A stretch of DNA of 64,000 bases, from the NCBI GenBank assembly GCA_964016885.1, contig OZ024741.1, forward strand, positions 9,238,001 to 9,302,000. The letters are read 5' to 3'. Position 1 is the first letter of the stretch. Each line of letters begins with the position of its first letter. Under the pieces are notes generated by a model that was given only the letters and a program-made list of their open reading frames with translations, ran no database searches and was not told the origin of the DNA. The stretch comes from Eledone cirrhosa (lineage: Eukaryota). Positions 13,075 to 25,900 of the stretch are shown here, in pieces. Position numbers and translations under genes: made by a program.

Positions 13075-13185
13075 AGGCGTGTAGCTTAGTGGTTAAGGTG
13101 TTGGAACCACGCTCATAGAGTCGTGAGTTCGATTACTGGAGAACGCAGCACGTTGCCTTCTTGAGCAAGATGCTCCATCACATTT
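13075..13185 (+). mobile_element. Second tRNA-derived SINE family, 5' part
   Basis: A-box TAGCTTAGTGG, B-box GAGTTCGATT, CTTGAGCAAGA motif shared with 57040-57285. Confidence 0.7.
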
Positions 13186-13535
13186 CAAGATGGGACTAGG
13201 GGACCATCTATCATTAAAACACAAATGCATTCTAGCCATAACTGTCCCCCCTGCCAACCTATGATATAATGTGCATCACCGTACCATATAATCTGGAGTG
13301 CACATTTTAAAGACAGTAGGGTGGGAATTAAGAGAGATTTGACATCTATTTCTAGCACGTTGAGTGGTCTCGTGGATATCTTGCCGAGCGAAACCTAGAC
13401 GTTACATCAACATGGTTACATTATGTGTCGTTGATTTTAATCTGAAGTAGCGAGCTTTTGTGATAAGTTGAAGAGGAAAGTCATTTACTGTGGTCAGTGT
13501 TAAACCACCTGACTAGATATACTTAATGACCATCT

Positions 13536-13601
13536 GCTTCATTAGTGCTTCATTAGTGCTTCATTAGTACTTCATTAGTGCTTCATTAGTGCTTCATTAG
13601 T
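13536..13601. repeat. 11-bp tandem repeat (GCTTCATTAGT)x6
   Basis: Directly visible. Confidence 0.9.
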
Positions 13602-13872
13602 CAAATATAAGCTGAAGCGTGTGGTTATATCGATTGACACTAACATTGAAATTATTATAGAAACCACATACGGCACAAACATGCGCACACATGCAGACAA
13701 ATATACGTTTACACGATATCAAATACATACACACATGCTGTTACACATACATACATACATACATACATACATACATACATACATACATACATACAAATAC
13801 ATACATACATACATACATACATACATACATACATACATACATACATACATACATACATACATACATACATAC

Positions 13873-14176
13873 GTGGTGGCTGCCAACTCGTTTTCGAGTA
13901 CGGCCACTACTTTATATCCATGTAGGAGAACCCCTTCCGATGCGCTGAACGAGTGTGACTTTTTAGTCCAGCCAGCGACTTGAAAACTCTGCTACAAACA
14001 CTACACTTGTGACAATTATTGACACAGTGCTGGGCCCATGGTACCATGTGATGACAAGTGCAGAGAGATCTCCAGATATAAAGCAATGCCTGTGCCATGA
14101 AGCTTTTATAGTGAACAAAGGCACTGCAAAAAGCCAGTCCCACTCTCTTAACCAAGATGATATTTACCAAAAAGAA
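13873..14176 (-). mobile_element. RTE-derived 3' fragment with (TATG)n tail, copy 1
   Basis: Minus strand encodes C2H2-like [22 protein letters not shown] typical of RTE C-termini; near-identical to 17114 and 48707 copies. Confidence 0.75.
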
Positions 14177-14512
14177 TATACATACATACATACATACATA
14201 CACACATGCTGCCACACATACATACATGCACCAAAACCCACAGACATGCCTATATACACATATACATACCTATATACACGCAGACTTGCATATATATCCA
14301 GGTATGTATTCATACGCACACACACACACACACACAACTGGTGACCTGCTAGAAACAGTAGCCCAAACCCTTTCGGACCCCACTACTCTCTTTAAAACAT
14401 TAGATAAGCTAATTCGGACGGGTTTCCGGCTCTCTACGCTCTAAGTTCAAATCCCGCCGAGGTCAACTCTGCATTTCATCATTTCGTGGTTGATAAATAA
14501 AGAATATGCCCA

Positions 14513-14571
<59 letters not shown>

Positions 14572-14777
14572 CTCTACCTCTATCTCTCTCTCTCTTTTTA
14601 TCTATCTATCAATCTCTGCCTCTCTCTCTATCTATCTATCTATCTGTGCCTCACTCTCTCTCTCTTTCTTTCTCTCTCTCTCTGGAATAATTCAGAAGTT
14701 TTCAAACATGAAGGGTGGGGCTCCTCCGACTAAGACATGCCCTATGTCAATCACTACGACGTCCCTACCACTCAAGC

Positions 14778-14969
14778 AAGGGCGGTGGATTGGCAGTATC
14801 GGTAGAGGGTCGGACGCCATGCTTTCCAGCATAGTTACGTCCCTTTATGATCTGAGTTCAAATGCCGCCGAGGTTGACTTTGCCTTTCCTCCTTACGGGG
14901 TCGATAAAATAAAGTACCAGTAATGTACTGGTTAATTGCTGGCCTTGTGCCTAAAGTAGAAACAATTAT
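14778..14969 (+). mobile_element. tRNA-derived SINE (Nin/Deu-like core), full length
   Basis: A/B boxes, core and tail all present. Confidence 0.85.
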
Positions 14970-15182
14970 CAACTGTCTTCATCCAGGGACGCCTGACAAA
15001 ATATGTTGGGGTATTATAATTCAGTCCCTTTACTTTCGGAGTTGGAATCCCAAGCTATCAACATTTCCTTTCATCCTTATAGTGGTCGATATCATAAAGT
15101 AGCAGCCAAGTGCTGCAGGATTGATTTAAATCTCCCAGGGAATATGTCTCTCAATATTGCAAAGTAGTAAAAGAATGGAAGT

Positions 15183-16175
15183 ACATACATACACACACAC
15201 ACACATACACACATACACACATACATACATACACACATACACACATACACACATACATACATACACACACATACATACACACATACACACATACATGCAT
15301 ACACATACACATATACAGACATACATACATACACACACAAACATACACACACATATACATACATACATACATACATACACACATATATAGATACATACAT
15401 ACACACACAAACATACACACATGTATACATACATGCATACATACACACATATATACATACTTACATACACACACATATACATACATACACACACAAACAT
15501 ACACACATATATACATACATACATACACACACACATACACACATATATACATACATGCATACATACACACATATATACATACATATATATATACATATAC
15601 ACACACACATATATACATACATGCATGCATACATACACACATACATACATACATATATACATATACGCACACACATATATACATACATGCATACATACAC
15701 ACATATATACATACATACATATATACGTATACACACACACATATATATACATACATGCATACATACACACATATATACATACATACATATATACGTATAC
15801 ACACACACATATATATACATACATGCATACATACACACATATATACATACATACATATATACGTATACACACACACATATATATACATACATGCATACAT
15901 ACACACATATATACATACATACATATATACATATACACACACACATATATACATACATGCATACATACACACATATATACATACATACATATATACATAT
16001 ACACACACACATATATACATACATGCATACATACACACATATATACATACATACATATATACATATACACACACACATATATACATACATGCCTACATAC
16101 ACACATATATACATACATACATATATACATATACACACACACATATATACATACATATATATACATAGATATATA
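15183..16175. repeat. Compound (AC/AT) microsatellite with ~58-60 bp higher-order units
   Basis: Periodic ACATGCATACATACACACATATATAC blocks. Confidence 0.9.
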
Positions 16176-16274
16176 GATTACATTAAGTAGTAGCTCTCCA
16201 GCCAGAGACAATACGACCGCCATGACAGTAACGGCCACACAGCTATTACCAAATTCATTATCAATGTCACGATA

Positions 16275-16301
16275 TCACCTTTGACCTTTCACCTTTGACC
16301 T
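16275..16301 (-). promoter_or_regulatory. Four tandem nuclear-receptor half sites spaced by 1 nt (DR1 array)
   Basis: Minus strand AGGTCA-A-AGGTGA-A-AGGTCA-A-AGGTGA in a short unique island. Confidence 0.35.
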
Positions 16302-16463
16302 TCACTGGAAACCAGACAATTTAGCCCTAGGTATACAATGATCGATTAGATTTATGATCAATGGCGTCCCTGGTAGGGTGAGTGGTGGTATGGTAGGGTG
16401 TGTGTGGTGGTGGTCTTAGCATAGATGCCATGGTAGTGGTAATAGTAGTAGTGGTAGTGGTAT

Positions 16464-16521
<58 letters not shown>

Positions 16522-16632
16522 GGTGATAGTAATAGTGGTAGTAGTAGTGGGTGGTGGCGGTAGAGGTGGTGGTAGTAGTGCTGGTGGTAGTGGCGGTAGT
16601 GATATACAACTAAAGAACAGACACTTATTTAC

Positions 16633-16702
16633 CTGCAATTAAGGTGAAAATTTGAAGAAAAGGTGGCAGGTGTGGAACTAAACAACACCGGAGTAATTGA
16701 TA
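16633..16702 (-). CDS. Candidate 70-nt internal exon of an unknown host gene
   Basis: tttcag|TATCAA...TTGCAG|gtaaat; one frame reads [23 protein letters not shown]; no homology recognised. Confidence 0.2.
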
Positions 16703-16717
16703 CTGAAACTGACAGAC

Positions 16718-16781
<64 letters not shown>

Positions 16782-16784
16782 CAT

Positions 16785-16817
<33 letters not shown>

Positions 16818-16910
16818 CTTATATATGTATATATACATACACATACACACACATAAATACACACACACATATATATAAATACATACACACACACATACAT
16901 ACACACACAT

Positions 16911-16975
<65 letters not shown>

Positions 16976-17051
16976 CATACACACACACATATATATACAC
17001 ACGCACACATATATATATGCACACATACATATATACTCACACACGGACATA

Positions 17052-17085
<34 letters not shown>

Positions 17086-17113
17086 CATATATATGTATAT
17101 ATACATATATATA

Positions 17114-17712
17114 TGGTGGCTGCCAACTCGTTTTCAAGTTGAGTACGGCCACTACTTTATATCCATGTAGGAGAACCCCTACCGATGCGCTGAACGAGTG
17201 TGACTTTTTAGTCCAGCCAGCGACTTGAAAACTCTGGTACAAACACTACACTTGTGACAATTATTGATACATAGTGCTGGGCCCATGGTACCATGTGACG
17301 ACAAGTGCAGAGAGATCTCCAGATATAAAGCAATGCCTGTGCTGTGAAGCTTTTATAGTGAGCAAAGGCACTGCACAAAGCCAGTCCCACTCTCTTAACC
17401 AAGATGATATTTACCAAAAAGAACAAGTCAACATCATTAGATACCATCAGGGCTGCAGGTGTTATATCAGAGTTTTCCTTCTCCTAGAATTCTGCCTTGA
17501 CAATGGCTAAGGGGTCATCTCTCCCGGTGATTTTGGATGGCCATTGATTCTTAAGAGCTCCTTTGCCCTTTGACAGGTTTTGTTTTTAGTCCTGCAGGAT
17601 GTCAAAAGTCACCCTCCTCACCAAGAAACCTTGGTGGGGTTGCCAGTTTAGTCGCCAACGACGCGACCATGAGACAGGTTGTACTGGGATACATGTTACC
17701 AGTAGCACCAAC
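17114..17712 (-). mobile_element. RTE-derived non-autonomous element, longest copy
   Basis: Matches 48707-49190 over ~480 bp and extends ~110 bp further 5'; zinc-finger remnant. Confidence 0.75.
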
Positions 17713-17941
17713 ATATATATATGTCTTATGGTAACTAAGATGTGTCCATAGACGGTATGCGGGTTGAACACTCTATGTTACTACGGTGTAGATGGTCAGT
17801 GGGCTGCTTCCAGACGTCAGAACTATGATGGCGTCACTAACCAGTGACCAATCCAATGACGCGCAAACAGAATGAAGGCAGATGATGTAGTCTCGTAAGG
17901 TCGGAACCCGAGAGAAAGAGGATTTGCTCCGAAATCAATAG

Positions 17942-18027
17942 ACGTGTCTGAGGAAATCCAGAGTCAGGTTCGATCCACACACAGATCGCACCTCGAGCTG
18001 TTCGCCGGGGAAACAATTGTAATACGT
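17942..18027 (+). ncRNA. Type I hammerhead ribozyme motif, same family as 10600
   Basis: Stem I ACGTGT/ATACGT, CTGAGGA, GAAA, palindromic stem III CAATTG, GTA triplet, AATAAA. Confidence 0.75.
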
Positions 18028-18312
18028 AATAAATTGAGTTCCGATGCATCACTGATTCTTCGTTTTCAATGTTATATATATATATAAAATATATATATAT
18101 TTATATAGGAAAATGTTGAGTACCCCGACGGCAGAGCTCTAGCTGTTTCGACGGCTATTTCTGGACTCCAGAACCCACTCTACTACCAAAGTAGCGAGTA
18201 CTCTGGTGCACCTGGTTCCTTACCACACTTCCTTCGTTATATATTTATATATATATACAGATAGATAGATAGAGATATACATGCATATATGTAGCATCAG
18301 CCGCATATATAT

Positions 18313-18690
18313 ATATATTGAAAGGATAACAAGGACGATTGGTTACTCCTTCATTACATTTATTGGTAGGTGACGCGCGTTTCGCCAGTCAAACTTATGA
18401 ACTTCTGACTTTATTACATAGCATGTATTCATTATCTACTAGCATTTTAAAGGGTCCGTCGAACTGCCGATTATTGAGTCGGGTAAGATCGACACAGATC
18501 GAACCTTGATCAGTGGCGTAACGCGCGTGACCTACCAATAAATGTAATGAATGAGTAACCACTCGTCCTTGTTTTCCTTTCAATATATTACACTCTGTAT
18601 AGCTCTACATCTCAACACAGAAGTGAACCTAAACATCGAGTGCTCACCCGAGTGAACCTGCAGTAACTCCAAGTTACACTCCCTAGATTT
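18313..18690 (+). mobile_element. Fold-back pseudo-LTR-like module with degenerate hammerhead
   Basis: Inverted arms 18313-18387 / 18514-18588; GAAACGCGCGTC on the minus strand of the left arm; degenerate core CCGTCGA at 18456. Confidence 0.6.
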
Positions 18691-18859
18691 ATATATATCA
18701 AGCCATCTTGGCAGGTATTTGTTGCAGACACCACTATAAATATCTCTACAAAATACACTCAAAAAAGATATGTGAACAAAAGTAAGTGCAGACACCCAGA
18801 ATATAGTGCAGCTGCAACAGACCGACTCAGCTGCTATTGCGTTGTGGGAATGAAGAATG

Positions 18860-19790
18860 TATAACCTCGAACGTAACACGATGACCATGAATAACCAAAG
18901 AACAGATGAGGAGGAATGGGCTATTTAGAAAATGAAATTCATTTCCAGAGTTTTCATTTGCCAACAAAAAAACAGAAGGTTATTTTCTCCACATTGGGCC
19001 CTCTGGCTTATGAAAATGGCACTCTCCAAGATAATGCTACAACCATGGGTGGGGCTGGGGGGTTGTACTGAAGAAACAATATTGTTGTTTTCAACAATCC
19101 TGATCTGGATAATATCAGTGATGTAAACCCCTAAAGAACTAAATCTAACAGTGTTTGCCAGCTCTACTCAGCAGTAGGTCTCGATAGGTTCCCTGCTATT
19201 GTTCTGGAGAATTTCCGACATCAGCTTGCAGCCCCTCTTGCTAATCTTTAGATAAATCACTGGATGCATGATATATCCCTGGACATTTCCCGTCCCAGCC
19301 TGTCGTCCCAGTTCTCGAAAAGGGGAACAAGTCCTTCGCAAGGAATTACTTTCCAATCTCATTCACCTCTCAAACAATCAAGCTATTTTAGAAGGTGGTG
19401 AAATCACAAATAACTCACTTCCTTGAAAGAAACAATCTTCTGAACTCTAACCAGCATGGGTTCCATGATGACAGGGGCTGCCTGACGCAGCCTCTGTCAT
19501 CACTTTGATGGCACCCTAAAACCTTTGTGAGATAGCATCAACATGGATGTTATTTACGTTATTTCAGCAAGGCCTTAAACAGGTTGATCACAACAACCTG
19601 TTGAAGAAACTATGCAACATTGGAGTCTGTGGAAAGCTACTGCAGTGGATTAAATCTTTCTTGGCAGATTCCAGCATGTTTTGGTTAAAGGAATACGATC
19701 AAGCTCAGCCAAAGTTTAGTAATGGAGTCCCACAAGGCACTGTGTTGAGCCCACTTCTTTTCGTAATCTACATAACTGACATCATAGTAC
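18860..19790 (+). pseudogene. Decayed CR1/L2-group LINE reverse transcriptase fragment
   Basis: Frameshifted NQHGF, VDHNNLLKKL, LLQWIKSFL, GVPQGTVLSPLLFVIYITDI. Confidence 0.8.
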
Positions 19791-19961
19791 ACTGTCTCTC
19801 ACTCTCTCTCTCTGTATAGCCTGGTGTCTATAATGGGTGTCTAGTTTAACATGAGCTCCCTCGTCGAATATGTCTTGTATCTAACCAAACAAAAATAAAC
19901 TCCTATTATATTAGTTTTGGAAAAGTTACTATGAAACTATTTTGTAATTTATTAGAACGAA

Positions 19962-20209
19962 TAAATCTTCGCTTATTATCATCATCTGTAGTTGGTAATT
20001 CCATTCATAAGAGACATGCCGTGTTCCCATTCATAAGAGACATGCCGTGTTCCCATTCATAAGAGACATGCAGTGTTTCCATTCATAAGAGACATGCCGT
20101 GTTCCCATTCATAAGAGACATGTATGTAGTGTTTACAAATAATCTTCGTTTATTATCATCGTCTGTAATTGATAATTCCATTCATAAGAGACATGCAGTG
20201 TTTACAAAT
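19962..20209. repeat. 26-bp minisatellite (TTCCCATTCATAAGAGACATGCCGTG, ~5 units) inside a larger local duplication
   Basis: Units at ~19999-20122; flank AATCTTCG..TTATTATCATC recurs at ~19963 and ~20141. Confidence 0.9.
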
Positions 20210-20817
20210 CGACTTACATTACACCTCATTAGTCTTATCGTTAAACAACTTCTATCGAATTCAATTAGAAAACTTCTCCACCTCACTGTTGTATGTGTAA
20301 TTACTAAACTAATTTCCACAGAGAGAGAGAAAGAGAGAGAGAGAGACCGTGTCTCGCCATTAACCGTTTCCTTTATTCTCATATATCATGTACAATTAGC
20401 AATTAAAACAATTATGATGAAGTGAACAAGTGTTATTAAAAGCGAAAAGAGCTGGTGAAACAAATCGCAAGTCTCTGGAAAGATTGAAACGATATCCAGA
20501 AAGGAGATATACACTTTTCACCTGTCACAAACAAATAATCGTTATTTTATACCTTACCTTTAATAACATTTTAATGTGTGTTTAGGGAGTTTAGACATAT
20601 ACAACTAGATACACACATTGATTATTTCCACGTTCGAGTTGTCTTCTCTTTAATAATTATATCTTAATTTTATTATTATTAATCTGTGACGAACCTGTTC
20701 TTCCCCCCTCCCCCAATAATTTCAATGGATTACATTTTTTAACACATCTTACTTTCCTTTTGCTTTTTTGCTTTTTTTCCATTACTTTTCTTATAGACAC
20801 ACACACACATATATATA

Positions 20818-21304
20818 CTAGCATAAAAACCACCCTTTCGGTGGTTTTCTGCTAGCATGTGTAGTGTGTATATTGATATTATACACAAGTATATATGCAT
20901 GTAGATATGATACATCAAATAAAATCGTAATTGACAATATATAATACACAGAAATTGAACGAAGACTGCGTTACATTGTCTTATGTAATCAGTAACGTAA
21001 TGCATGATACATTAAAAAAAGACGATATTATATATAAACTGCATTAGGAGAAAATTATTGACGGAAATATATGTTTGCTTATTTAAGCGATCGCCACCGG
21101 AAGTGTTGACATTTGAAAATTTTAAAGAAGTGAATCTTTAAATAAATAATAAAATATATTTAATGAACAGCCACGAAATTTAGTAGATAAATTATGTAAC
21201 ATTCATTCATTATTTATTCAAAGTAATCCAACTTATTTTACTAAGGAGATAAACAATTATAAACCGTACGCAGTCCCGCACTCCTTACTTTATTATAGTT
21301 TAGA
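20818..21304 (-). mobile_element. Non-autonomous Helitron-like element, copy 2
   Basis: A|TC...CTAG|T, hairpin ACCACC-GAAAG-GGTGGT; matches 9597-10081. Confidence 0.75.
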
Positions 21305-21720
21305 TATATAAAGTTGTAGCTCCTGTTTGTTTGTTCACGAACTCCTTCTATGGTTTTGTAGATAGACCCCACATAACCATATATATTCTGAAACTACATT
21401 GTCTCGGGTACTTCGATTAATATGAAATTTAAACCATAGGTAAATGACAAGATATGTTGCCTAGTCACAACATTTCAACAAATTTCAATAATATTAAGAC
21501 AGCCTAATGATACTGTTATTTACTAATTTAACTAAATATAATTTATTCATTTCATTGAGAGGACATATGCAGGAGTTGAGATTACTGTCTAGCAGAGAAT
21601 AATTTCCTCTGGGTTAGGATATGTCTATGAGAAACATAACCCTTGGCCTCCAAGACACATGGTAGATCTCTCAGACTTATTTTATGAAAAAAATTTGACG
21701 CCGGCAAATTCGGTAATTAT
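21305..21720 (+). mobile_element. Possible second Helitron-like family, head-to-head with copy 2
   Basis: TATATAAAG...GTTTGTTTGTTCACG start and GC-rich ACGCCGGCAAATTCGG near the end; no clean CTAG terminus. Confidence 0.35.
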
Positions 21721-21725
21721 TATAT

Positions 21726-21911
21726 GGTGGATTGGCAGTATCGGTAGAGGGTCAGACGCCATGCTTTGTAGCATAGAGTTACGGCCCTTTACGGTCTGAA
21801 TTCAAATCCCGCCGAGGTTAACTTTGCCTTTCATCCTTACGGGGTCGATAAAATAAAGTACCAGTAATGCACTGGGTATTGCTGGCCTTGTGCCAAAAGT
21901 AGAAGCAATTA
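21726..21911 (+). mobile_element. tRNA-derived SINE (Nin/Deu-like core)
   Basis: A/B boxes, core, tail. Confidence 0.85.
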
Positions 21912-22395
21912 TGTTAGGGGTGGCTATGGACAAGTGCTTCCATAAATCATTTGTTTACTTTTTGCTCAAGTCTCAAATTGTTTAATATATATTTCTTTAT
22001 AATTTAGATAGATATATTTCTTTATTGTATAATATAGGGCCTTAAAATGGAGGGGCTTAGTTGTCAGCTGCCCCTTTAGCCTAATGACTGGCAAACTCGC
22101 TCGGGGTTCCAGAGATAACTATTACGGTTGTCCGTGGCGGCTGATAGCTACTTTTGCCGTCGCACGGCTGTTTTATCCGATTTTCTAAAGCTATTATTTA
22201 TAGCAAGCGACTGATGTTACTGTTATTTTCTACGGATTCCCGCAATCTAATACACACACACACAGACACACTAACACATACTCTCACACAATCGCATTAA
22301 CACACACACACACACTAACACATACTCTCACATACAGTCACATTAACACACACAGACATAGAAACATAAACACACACACAGACATAGAAAAACAG

Positions 22396-22428
<33 letters not shown>

Positions 22429-22964
22429 AACACAGACACACACACACAGACATAGAAACACAGACACACACACACACACACACACATAGAAGCACAGACA
22501 CACACACAGACATAGAAACACAGACACACGCACACAGATAGAAGCACAGACACACACACACATATATAGAAACACAGACACACACACACATATATAGAAA
22601 CACAGACACACACTTGAGAGTGTAATCTATGTACACACACACGTCTGTTACGTTGCTTACATGTCGTAGACTGGAGACGATGAATAAAGGATTGTGGGAA
22701 ATGATGGAGGAAGTGTGTGGTAGAGATGGGGAGGTAGAGGGAGAGAGAAAGTGAGGTGAGAGAGAGAGAGAGAGAGAGAGGTGGGAATAAGACATTAGTG
22801 TTAATGGTGGTGGTGTAGGAGGTGGTTGGGTAAAATAAGCAACATTTAATAAATGAGATTTATTAAATGATCCTTGTCGCCATCTTGTGATATGGCCGGG
22901 AGGACATTTTATTGGACCAATAATATAATGATGATATAACTAGGAGGAAGGTATAGTACTGATT

Positions 22965-25900
22965 GTGATGGTGGTGGTAGTGGTGGTTGTGGTGGTAGAT
23001 GTGGTGGTGGTGGTGGTGGTGGTTGTGGTGGTAGATGTGGTGGTGGTGGTGGTGGTGGTTGTGGTGGTAGATGTGGTGGTGGTGGTGGTGGTTGTGGTAG
23101 ATGTGGTGGTGGTGGTGGTTGTGGTGGTAGATGTGGTGGTGGTTGTGGTGGTTGTGGTAGATGTGGTGGTGGTTGTGGTGGTGGTTGTGGTGGTATGTGG
23201 TGGTGGTGGTGGTTGTGGTAGATGTGGTGGTGGTTGTAGTGATGGTGGTGGTGGTGGTGGTTGTGGTGATAGATGTGGTGGTGGTGGTGGTGGTTGTGGT
23301 GGTGGTGGTGGTGGTGGTGGTGGTGGTAGATGTGGTGGTGGTTGTGGTGGTTGTGGTGGTGGCGGTGGTGGTGATGGTAGATGTGATGGTGGTGGTGGTG
23401 GTTGTGGTGGTAGATGTGGTGGTGGTTGTAGTGGTGGTGGTGGTGGTGGTGGTTGTGGTGGTAGATGTGGTGGTGGTGGTGGTGGTTGTGGTGGTGGTGG
23501 TGGTGGTGGTGGTGGTGGTGGTGGTAGATGTGGTGGTGGTAGATGTGGTGGTGGTGGTGGTGGTAGATGTGGTGGTGGTTGTGGTGGTAGATGTGGTGGT
23601 GGTTTTGGTTGTGGTGGTAGATGTGGTGGTGGTTGTAGTGGTGGTGGTGGTGGTGGTGGTTGTGGTGGTAGATGTGGTGGTGGTGGTGGTGGTTGTGGTG
23701 GTGGTGGTGGTGGTGCTGGTGTTGGTGGTAGATGTGGTGGTGGTTGTGGTGGTTGTGGTGGTGGCGGTGGTGGTGATGGTAGATGTGATGGTGGTGCTGG
23801 TGGTTGTGGTGGTGGTGGTAGATGTGGTGGTGGTTGTGGTGGTTGTGGTGGTGGTGGTGGTGGTAGATGTGGTGGTGGTAGATGTGGTGGTGGTGGTGGT
23901 GGTAGATGTGGTGGTGGTTGTGGTGGTGGTGGTAGATGTGGTGGTGGTTGTGGTGGTTGTGGTGGTGGTGGTTGTGGTAGATGTAGTGGTGGTGGTGGTG
24001 GTAGATGTGGTGGTGGTGGTAGAGGTGGTGGTGGTGGTGGTTGTGGTGGTGGTGGTGGTGGTGGCGGTAGATGTGGTGGTGGTGGTGGTAGATGTGGTGG
24101 TGGTGGTGGTAGATGTGGTGGTGGTGGTGGTTGTGGTGGTTGTGGTGGTGGTGATGGTAGTGGTAATGGTAGTGGTGGTAGATGTGTTGGTGGTGGTAGT
24201 GTTGGTAGTGGTAGTAGTGGTGATAGTGGTGGTAGTGGTAGTGGTGGTGATGGTGGTAGTGGTGGTGGTGGTAGTGGTGGTAGTGGTGGTAGTGGTAGTA
24301 GTGATGGTAGTGGTGGTAGTGGTAGTAGTGGTGGTGGTGGTGGTAGTGGTAGTGGCAGTAGTGGTGGTAGTGGTGATAGTGGTGGTAGTTGTGGTGGCAG
24401 TGGTAGTGGTGGTGGTAGTGTTAGTGGTGGAGGTGGTGGTAGTGGTAGTGGTGGTGGTAGTGGTGGTAGTGGTGGTAGTGGTAGTGGTGGTAGTGGTGGT
24501 GGTGGTGGTGGTAGTGATGGTAGTGGTAGTGGTGGTAGTGGTGGTAGTGGTGGTAGTGGTGGTGGTAGTAGTGGTGTTGATGACGAGGTGGAGGAGGAGG
24601 AGAAGCAAGATAAAGATGGTGATAAATATAATGACGATAATATAACTATGAGGAAGACAATAATACTGCTGCTGATGGTGGTGGTGATGGTGATGGTGAT
24701 GGTGGTGGTGGTAGTGGTAGTGATGGTGATGGTGATGGTGGTAGTGATGATGATGGTGGTGGTGATGGTGATGGTGATGGTGATGGTGATGGTGGTAGTG
24801 ATGGTGGTGGTGATGGTGATGATGATGGTGATGGTGATGGTGATGGTGATGGTGGTGGTGGTAGTGGTAGTGATGGTGATGGTGATGGTGGTAGTGATGA
24901 TGATGGTGGTGGTGATGGTGATGGTGATGGTGATGGTGATGGTGATGGTGGTAGTGATGGTGATGGTGATGGTGGTAGTGATGATGATGGTGGTGGTGAT
25001 GGTGATAATGATGGTGATGGTGATGGTGATGATGATGGTGGTAGTGATGGTGATGGTGGCGGTGGTAGTGATGATGATGGTGGTGGTGGTGGTGATGATG
25101 ATGGTGATGGTGATGGTGATGGTGATGGTGATGGTGGTAGTGATGATGATGGTGGTGGTGATGGTGATGGTGGTAGTGATGATGATGGTGGTGGTGATGG
25201 TGGTGGTGATGGTGATGGTGATGGTGATGGTGATGGTGATGGTGGTAGTGATGATGATGGTGGTGGTGATGGTGGTGGTGATGGTGGTGGTGATGGTGAT
25301 GGTGATGGTGATGGTGGTAGTGATGATGATGGTGGTGGTGATGGTGGTGGTGATGGTGGTGGTGATGGTGATGGTGGTGGTGATGGTGGTGGTGATGGTG
25401 ATGGTGGTGGTGATGGTGATGGTGATGGTGATGGTGATGGTGATAATGATGGTGATGGTGATGGTGGTAGTGATGGTGGTGGTGTTGGTGGTGGTGATGG
25501 TGGTGGTGATGGTGGTAGTGATGGTGATGGTGGTAGTGATGGTGGTGGTGATGGTGATGGTGGTGGTGATGGTGATGGTGGTGGTGATGGTGGTTGTGAT
25601 GGTGGTAGTGATGGTGATGGTGATGGTGATGGTGATGGTGATGGTGGTAGTGATGGTGGTGGTGTTGGTGGTGGTGATGGTGATGGTGATGGTGGTAGTG
25701 ATGGTGATGGTGGTAGTGATGGTGGTGGTGATGGTGATGGTGATGGTGATGGTGGTAGTGATGGTGGTGGTGATGGTGGTGATGGTGGTGGTGATGGTGA
25801 TGGTGATGGTGATGGTGATGGTGGTAGTGATGGTGATGGTGATGGTGGTAGTGATGGTGGTGATGGTGATGGTGATGGTGATGGTGATGGTGATGGTGAT

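Noticed and set aside
13075-13150. tRNA gene
   Set aside because: A/B boxes run into a SINE core and no full cloverleaf forms
15092-17242. Numerous YI/HT/CV-repeat ORFs here and elsewhere
   Set aside because: Dinucleotide and tetranucleotide microsatellite translations
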